The notes below the pieces were generated by a model that saw only the letters and a list, made by a program, of their open reading frames with translations, was not told where the DNA came from and did no database searches. A stretch of 60,137 nucleotides of DNA, counting the filler, from Hausera hauseri (taxonomy: Eukaryota), in assembly GCA_046269625.1 (NCBI GenBank). It is 12 parts of 12 records of this genome, joined end to end, with 100 filler letters (N's around TTAATTAATTAA, not from the genome) between each part and the next. Parts side by side here need not be neighbours in the genome. Positions count along the whole stretch, not along the records: positions 48,221 to 54,067 come from JBJURY010180084.1; positions 54,168 to 60,137 come from JBJURY010160200.1; 10 more parts are not named here. The stretch is one strand, 5' to 3'. How positions within the stretch are numbered: position 1 is the first letter of the stretch; each line of letters opens with the position of its first letter. The position numbers and the translations under genes are program-made. Shown here in pieces: positions 51,576-60,137 of this stretch.

Positions 51576-51685
51576 TATCGAGGCAGAAGATCGGGACCCG
51601 CCTATAGGCTCGACGCAGCGGCAACGGAGGTCCGGCCGTGTCCAAGCAAATGTGCCATAGGGCGCCGGCCGCCGCGGGCATCACA
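51576..51685. mobile_element. Short GC-rich element, possibly a solo LTR/TRIM terminus (TA...CA)
   Basis: 110 bp of sharply higher GC ending in CATCACA and followed by CCTCA, which mirrors CGTCA at 49629-49633. Confidence 0.4.
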
Positions 51686-54294
51686 CCTCACTGGATAGTT
51701 TAGTGAAGAACCTCCCCGCATAAGAACTCAAGGAATGAGAAGCGGTTCTTCCCCACTGCATTTGACCTAGTCAAAAGGACAGGCGTGTTTACTTGTGACT
51801 ACATAACCTCATGGGAAACACTGGATAAGACCTCATTGCCGGACAAGAAGGACTTTTACAGTATCCTCTCTGATTGCAATATCAATGATTCTGACTACCA
51901 GCATGCCCAGAATGTCTGGAATGCATTCCAATGCCGAACAATAGGGGAATACAGTGACATATATTCCAAGACGGACGTGCTGCAGCTGACAGATATCTTT
52001 GAGAGTTTCAGGATGTCACAATGAAGAGCCATGCATTGGATCCGGCTCATTTCGTTACGGTTCCAGGGATGAATTGGGCAGCAATGCTGCGCTATACTGG
52101 TATTAAGCTGCAGATCACTAAGGATTACGACATGATCCTTATGATCGAGTGAGGCATTCGATGTGGAATATGCCAGGCCATTCATGGGTATAGCGAGGCC
52201 AACAACAAGCATATGGCCCAGGATGATCCATCCAAGGAATCGTCATAATTATCATAAATGGATGCCATCAACTTGTATGGATATGCAATGAGCGACCCAT
52301 TGCTGTATGATAACTTCGAATGGATCGAGAATCCTGAAAACATCCCTATATTGGACCTGGATCCCACTGGAGATATGGGCTACATACTGGAGGTGGATAT
52401 GGAATATCTTGCTTTCATCCATGCAAGGCATCAACAGCTGCCTTTCCGCCCTGAAAGCAGGCATCCGACACATGAAAAACATAAGACGCTGCTCTGCCAT
52501 CTGGGTAATAGGGAGAGATATGTAGTTCACTACATCAACCTTCAGCAGGCAGGTAGACATAGACTTCGTATTACCAAGATCTATAGAGCCCTCCAGTTCA
52601 GCCAGTCCATGTGGCTGCAGCCCTACATAGATTTCAATACCAAGCTGTGGACAAATACCAAGAACGACTTTGAGAAAGACCAGTTCATGCTTTACAACTC
52701 GGTCTTTGGCAAGACCATGTAGAATATCATGAACAGGATCAACATCGAACTTGTGTGTGACTGGAAGCGAGAAAAAAACTTATTTCCAAGCCTAACTTCC
52801 ACAGCAGCATCATATATGCTGAGCATTTGGTCAGCATCCATATGCTGAAAACAGCATTGATATTCAACAAGACCATATGGCAATCCTCGACCTGTCAAAG
52901 ACCCTAATATATCATTTCCACTACGGCATCATGGTCCCCAAATTCAAGTCCATTCAGTTGATGAATATAGATACTTGTAGTTTCATCTATCATATCCGTA
53001 CAGAGAACATTTATGAGGACTTTTCCCAGTTGGTAGAGCATATGGATACTACGGACTATCCGAAGGATCATCCCAACTATTCAATTGCCAACAAAAACGT
53101 CCTTGGGAAATTCAAAGACGATGTGAATGGGGCAACAATATCGAGATTTTTGGCTCTCAGATATAAAATGTATGCTCTACACGTATGTGGCCAAATAAAG
53201 AAGCAGGCAAAAGGGGTTCAAAGGGCTCTATTGGTCAAGAAGATCAGTTTTCAAGACTATGACAGTACTGCAGGAGCAGACTCACATTATATCGGAAATG
53301 AAAAGGATCCAATATAGGGATCATAACATACAAACTGTTACCTTACAGAAGGAAAGCCTAGATGGGATGGATGACAAGAGGCAGATCCTCAGCGATGGAA
53401 TTCAGACACTATCGCACGGGCATGTGACATTATTGTAACTATGTACATATTGTTATTCTTTGTTTAATAAATGTTGTATAGAAATATGGTGTTGTCTTCT
53501 TGATCAAGTAATGTGGGATAAGGCCAAGTAAAACTAAGTAACTACTATATAAGATAAGACCAACTAATTTCATAACACATTTACTTAGTAACAATATAAC
53601 TTTGACATAATGCTAAACACTTTTTATATGCACGATGTGAACCATGTTCACAATAAATACATGTAACGTTCTTTGGTATAGCTACCAATTTGTTACATTC
53701 ATATGCACATATTTGCAATTCTGAAAATATGCTATTAAATATCTTCTTCTTTCGCCCATCAGCATGGTATTTGACACAGAACATTGATTCATTTATATCA
53801 CACATTCCAAATATCTCGCATAAGGCAATCTCTGCAAAACTGGGTATTATATTCTTCCAAAGTAAGTTTGTGATGATGATTTGTCAAATAAGCATTTGTT
53901 GCTTAAGCCTTGTTTGTGAAACAATGTAGTGTAGACCTAAAAATAGCATAAGTCACATGTACTATAGTAAAATTCACTTACCCAAATACATAGTGTAGTG
54001 AATGAAACATTATTCACTAGCATTATACGTAGGCCTTTATGATATATTCATTATTATTATCCACAAANNNNNNNNNNNNNNNNNNNNNNNNNNNNNNNNN
54101 NNNNNNNNNNNTTAATTAATTAANNNNNNNNNNNNNNNNNNNNNNNNNNNNNNNNNNNNNNNNNNNNATCCTAAAAGGCACTTAGTTAGTTTTACTTGGC
54201 CTTATCCTAGCTCCCACACTACTTGATCAAGAAGACAACACAATATTTCTACACATTTATTAAACAAAAGAATAACAAAGAATAACAATAATAT

Positions 54295-57200
54295 TTACAA
54301 TTCCACATGTCCATGAGGTTGTATGTGGATTCCATCGCTCAGGATCTGCCTCTTGTCGTCCATCCAATCTAGGCTTTTCTTATACAGAGTTACTGCTTGG
54401 ATGTTATAATCCCTAGATAGGATCCTTTTCATTTTCGATATAATATGAGTCTGCTTCTGCAGAACTGTCACATAGTCTTAAAAACTGATCTTCTTGACCA
54501 ATGTAGCCTTTCGAACCCCTTTTGCCCGCTTCTTTATTTGGCCACATACGTCTAGGGCATACGTTTTAGATCTGAGAGCTACAAATCTCGATATTATTGC
54601 TCCATTCACTTCGTCTTTGAATTTCCCAAGGTCATTCCTATTGGCAATTGAATAGTTGGGATGATTCTTTGGATAGTCCGAGGTATCCATGTGTTGAGCC
54701 AACTGGGCAAAATCCTCATAAATGTCCTATGTATGAATCCGATAGATGAAACTATCAGTATCCATATACATTAGCTGCAGGGACTTGAACTTGTGGACTA
54801 TGATGTCGTAGTAAAAAGGATACATCAGGGTCTTTGACAGGTCGAGAATTGCCATACCCACATATATGGGCTTGTTGAGTACCAATGCCGTTTTCAGAAT
54901 GTGGATGCCTACCAAGTTCTCAGCATATATGGTGCTGCTGTGGAAGTTAGGTTTGGCAATAAGATTCTTTGCCCGCTTCTAATCACATACTAGCTCAATG
55001 TTGATCCTGTTGCGGATATTTTCCCTGGTCTTGCCAAAGACCGAGTTGATGTAAAGCTTGAACTGGTCCTTCTCAAAATTGTTCTTGGCATTAGTCCGCA
55101 ACTTCGTATTGAGATTTATGTAGGGCTGCAGCCATATGGACTGGCTAAACTGGAGGGCTAATGGATCTTGGTAATGCGAAGTCCATGCCTAACTGCCTCC
55201 TGGGGATTGATGTAGTAAACTACATACTTCTCCTTATTACACAGATGACAGAGCAGCTTTCTCTGCTTTCTATGGGGCGGAGGTCTGCTCTCATGGAGGA
55301 AAAGCAGCTGTTGATGCCTTGCGTAAATGGAAGCCGGATATTCCATATCAATCTCCAGTATGTATCCCGTATCTCCTGTGGGATCCAGATCCAGGATAGG
55401 GATGTTCTCAGGATTTTCGACTCATTTGAAGTTATCATACGGCAATGGGGCGCTGATTGCATATCCATACAAGTTGTTGGCATCCAGGTATGATATATAC
55501 ATGAGGATTTCTTGGATGAGTCGTATTCGGCCATATACTTGTTATTGGCCTAGCTGTACCGGTGAATGGCATGGCATATTTCGCTTTTATTGCCTCTCTT
55601 GATAATAAGGATCATGTCGTAATCCTTAATAATCGGCAGCCTTATGCCGGTATATATCAGCATTGCTGCCCAGCTAATCCCCGGAACCGTAAAGAAATGA
55701 GCCGGATCCAGTGCATGACTCTTAATTGTGACATCCGTGAAACTCTCAAAGACATCTGTGAGCAGCAGCACGTATGTCTTGAGGTATATGTCGCCGTATT
55801 TCCCTAATGTTCGGCATTGAAATGCATGCCAGATATTCTGGACATGCTGGTTGTCAGCATCACTGATATCGCAATCAGTGAGGATACTGTAAAAGTCCTT
55901 CTTGTTCGGCAATGAGGTCTCATTCAGTGTTTCCCATGAAGTTATATAGTCATAGGGAAACGTGCCTTTCCTCTTGACGAGGTCAAAGGTAGTGGAGAAG
56001 AATCGCTTTGAACCCTTCAGTTATTCTGCAGGGACGTTCTTCACTAAACTGTCCAGTGAAGACGACATGAAACGAAAGCTAGCCATGAAGCGAAGTCGGA
56101 TTTTGAGCACATGCTTGGTGAAAGTGATGTATTTTTCCTCACTGTTATGGATCACATCTATATTACCATTAATATTGCATAATTCTCGGACTATGAAATG
56201 GAAATCATAGCCACTAAGATTATGGAACACTACATGCACATAAGTACATGTTTTGCAGTGAAAATTGCAGTTGTTTTATGCTGCTGCACGATATGCACCT
56301 GCAAAATGGCAGTGATCCTTGACTTTATGATTTTCCTTGGCGAAGGTCTTGTCGCACAAGTAACATGTTGTTGCCTTTTGCCATTCTTCAGCTTGTTTCC
56401 ACGACATGCTGATTGTATTCTTATGCTGCTGAAGCATGTTTCCAAGCCTATAAGCCATATCTTCAAGTAGTTTCATGAAATGTGCGCTACAGCTTGACCT
56501 CTAATTAGATATGGTTCACTATCCAGTCCTTTGGCATACATGCAATATGATGAGAGTTTATGATATTGGTATGCCGTTACGCTGCTATGTTGAGAACTGG
56601 GAGTGCAGCTGTGAACTAGCCGGAGAATAGCTTCAAAGTCGCAATAGTCGATAATTAGGACCTTGAGCTTCTTCTCGAACTCCTTGAATTCAGTATAATC
56701 CTCCTTGTGCAATTCTGGCCTTAGACAATAATTGTTTCTGCAATACATCTTGTGCTCCGCAAGCCTGTCCATTGCTGCATCACCACTGAAATGGGAAAAG
56801 CATTGTTTACATATCTCTGTTTGTCCATGATGAATCGTAATTTGGGATCTGACTAGACGCTCAAAATTCTTGATCCAAACATATTGTTTTTTTTCTCCAT
56901 TATCTAGTAGGAACAGGTCCCTATAATCTTCCAATTCAGTATCATATATCTGCAGGGGATAGAATTTATCTTCCTCATCCAATCCAAAGATGTTGATGGA
57001 TATATTGTTGATTCGACTGAACTTCTTAATTTCATCTAAGGATGGAGGGAATGTAATACATTGGAAGTCATAGTTGTGCTGCACATCATTATATTGCCAA
57101 ACTTGTGAGACATTATGTTGATCAGGCACGAGTTTTGATAGAATGGCATACATGAAATACATGCTGTCATTATTATGGACATTGACATGCTTTTTTATTA

Positions 57201-58275
57201 GCGATCCAATCAGGGAGTTGAATATATGAACTACCCCGCATGGGGGAGAATCTGTGCACATACACACTCAATCTCTTGATAGTTGCCAGAGTTCATCCGC
57301 TCTTCTTACTCTGGCTCTCATCGGCTTCACGGATCAGCTTTGCATGCTCTTCATGTAGCCATTCTACTATATTGGTGGCTTCAAAAATGGGTCTATTTCT
57401 GGCCTTGAAGGCACTTTTGGACTCTTTACAATCAACATTGGCATGTGGCCTCAAGTTTCATATTTGTCTTAATGGCCTTGTGCTCAGCTATGTTGCCCTA
57501 AAGAATCCGCTTTGTTTCTTCCTCTGTGTACTCTAGGAACTCCTTGATGGTTGTTTGACCAGCTGCATCAATGACATATTTGCGGCATTTTTTCTTTAAT
57601 GCTGCAGCATCAACTGGCTGCTGTCTTTGACTGTTTGATGGAGCCGGTACGCCTGATGCGTCCGATGCGCGTTTTAGTCCTGCATCTATGTGTACTGCAG
57701 GCTGTGGTACTACAGGCCGTGGTACTGCAGGTTGTGCAATTGGCTTATGTTCATTAAAGATGATCTTCTTTGACTTTTATGTGAAGTCAGTCAAATGATG
57801 TTTGTGATCATCATAAAATTGTATGTAATCGCCATCACATAGAGATTCACATCCTGTGCGGATATAATAAATTATCCTGTTGAATTTGTGTCCATAATAG
57901 CTCCTCATGGTATTGTGGCAATTCTGAGGGATGTGTGTTACACATATGCAATACATATGTAAACTGCATTTTTAATTTTCGTTTGGCACAAACGTCGTTA
58001 TTGGCATATTGTTACTGAATATTTGTTTTTTCGACTTGGTGAAGTAAATCAAGTGCTGTCTATGGACATTATAAAAATCTTTATAATTGATTTGTCACAC
58101 TGCCTCACATGTAGGGCATATATAATACTGAACCCTGTTATACATATAGCTAAAGTACTTCTTCATAACACTGTGGCAATTTTCCAGCTCGTGGATTTGA
58201 GCCAAACATTCGCTGTAAAGTTTTCACATCTAAAATCAACCAATTATTTGAGGAGAACAATCAAAAAACTCACCA
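54295..58275 (-). pseudogene. polB: Protein-primed DNA polymerase B (Maverick), copy 2, uninterrupted but decayed
   Basis: Collinear with copy 1: YCDFEA, VKDHCHFAGAYRAAA, VVFHNLSGYDFHFI, FRFMSSSLDSLVKN, KPIYVGMAILDLSKTLMY, YMDTDSFIY and GKFKDE. The 5' limit is approximate. Confidence 0.93.
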
Positions 58276-58864
58276 TTCGTTGAATTGATTTTGGAAATAA
58301 TGAAAAATATAGTCATATCACCATGTACTGCCTAGCTTATTGATTGGTTTTAATGTTCTTTGTTTTAATGCATCAATTAAATTAAATAGAAGGCGGCGCC
58401 AAATTCAAATAAGTTTTCGACCATGGAGAATCGAATGACGTCATTAGATTCTTCGAATAACGCATGTTTGACCGAGTTTTCGAGTACGAATTGCTAAGTA
58501 TTCAACTTGTGAGCTTGAAGTCGAATATCTAACATCATATTCCGATTCGGCATACATGACTTCCTATCCCGCCCCGCTATTAGATTTATCGATTTCCGCC
58601 TCACTGGGCTTTAAATGCACATTCTGCTTAATTCGAAATATAGATTTTATGCCTATATAGTACATTTTGAGGGAATAATTTTTATATGTAAGGAGGTTTT
58701 CACATATGAGGAATCGATTACCGCTGTTAGATTTTTGGAATAATTCGATATTCGATATTCGAACCGAAAAATATTCGAATTTCGAATATCTGACTCGAGA
58801 TTCGAGATCGCCATAGTCGACTTCCTATCTGTCCCCGCTAATTATAATATAGAATGTTGACTCC

Positions 58865-59340
58865 TTAGGTCTAAAAACCTATCGGAAATCTGCCTTAGTT
58901 GCACTTTGGATCGATATTATTCGAAATCGACTAGATAAATTTAAATTCTAACTGCACATTCATATAATGCACCATGTTTGTGTTCGAATGCACCCGGTTA
59001 CATAGCCTAATCATCAATATTGGAAATATCGGAAAACCGATATTACTGATTTTTGCACAGATGCACATGTGCTGTTCACCTGCACAGTACACGAATCGAT
59101 GTGCACTGATGTGCACTATCGATTAGCACTTTGTCCGATCTATTCGATTAATTGTGCAATGTGCAGCGATCGGTTTGTGACATGTGAAAAAATGTGCATA
59201 GCAACAGTGCCTAACGGTACCGTCGCCTAGCACACAACCGATCGAGAGTGCACGATATGCACTATCGATTGCCACATGTGCTAATTGATTTATCGATTCT
59301 CACACCCCCGGGGGTGAGGCAGACTTTCCATTTTCCTACT
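58865..59340. repeat. Terminal inverted repeat of the Maverick (ends ...TTTTCCTACT)
   Basis: Homologous to both arms of 41860-43109. The 5'-AGTAGG terminus reads on the minus strand, upstream of pPolB. Confidence 0.75.
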
Positions 59341-59345
59341 ATTAA

Positions 59346-60009
<664 letters not shown>

Positions 60010-60137
60010 GCTGATATCTTTTAAACATTTACTTTTGAATGAATTGCTTTGTTTTTAACAAATTTTCGCCTATTATTAAAAGGATCGAAATAATCAATGT
60101 GGAATAGATTCTTTTGCATGGATTTTCAAATAAAATT

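Larger units (their letters stand above)
48221..53437 (+). pseudogene. polB: Protein-primed DNA polymerase B (Maverick), copy 1, interrupted by a 2.05-kb insertion at 49634-51685
   Basis: SGW...GSSYIQLP; IYCDFEA (ExoI); VVFHNISGYNSHFI (ExoII); FIDSFRFM; YSKTDVLQL; DAINLYGYAM; NSVFGKT; GKFKD; DDKR. Confidence 0.95.

Noticed and set aside
1543-57500. Alternative genetic code or programmed readthrough to explain the many in-frame stops
   Set aside because: TAA, TAG and TGA all interrupt frames alongside frameshifts, and the positions differ between paralogous copies. This is ordinary pseudogene decay.
60080-60107. Second copy of AAGGATCGAAATAATCAATG.GGAATAG after the cathepsin stop
   Set aside because: A 28-bp local duplication at the contig end. 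It is too short to call an alternative exon and may be an assembly edge effect.

Overview
This window is not one locus. It is 12 short contigs (about 4-6 kb each) joined by 100-nt N...TTAATTAATTAA...N linkers: 1-4016, 4117-8909, 9010-12974, 13075-17379, 17480-22812, 22913-27424, 27525-32598, 32699-37831, 37932-44058, 44159-48120, 48221-54067 and 54168-60137. The DNA is AT-rich metazoan sequence. Most of it is probably a lophotrochozoan, possibly a flatworm (innexin; cathepsin L with [11 protein letters not shown] and 35-44-nt introns). Contig 3 looks teleost-like and contig 8 arthropod-like. Main contents: (i) several decayed copies of a Polinton/Maverick (adintovirus-type) element with pPolB, rve integrase, packaging ATPase, two penton-like genes, major capsid protein, dUTPase and an unexpected TATA-binding-protein-like gene; (ii) a 1.25-kb non-autonomous mini-Maverick with a 6-bp TSD, and a Maverick terminus abutting a cathepsin L gene; (iii) on four contigs, runs of intronless, mostly co-oriented, directly fused fragments of unrelated host genes (ZnT5 + TUT4/7 + gag; TLR-like + Furry; protocadherin + axonemal dynein; RING + innexin), one of them a discrete repeat-flanked insertion inside pPolB; (iv) a 5-kb 44-bp satellite built from E-box/CCAAT motifs; (v) Gypsy, LINE, mariner, pogo/Tigger, hAT and SINE relics. 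All family calls come from motif recognition by eye, not database searches.
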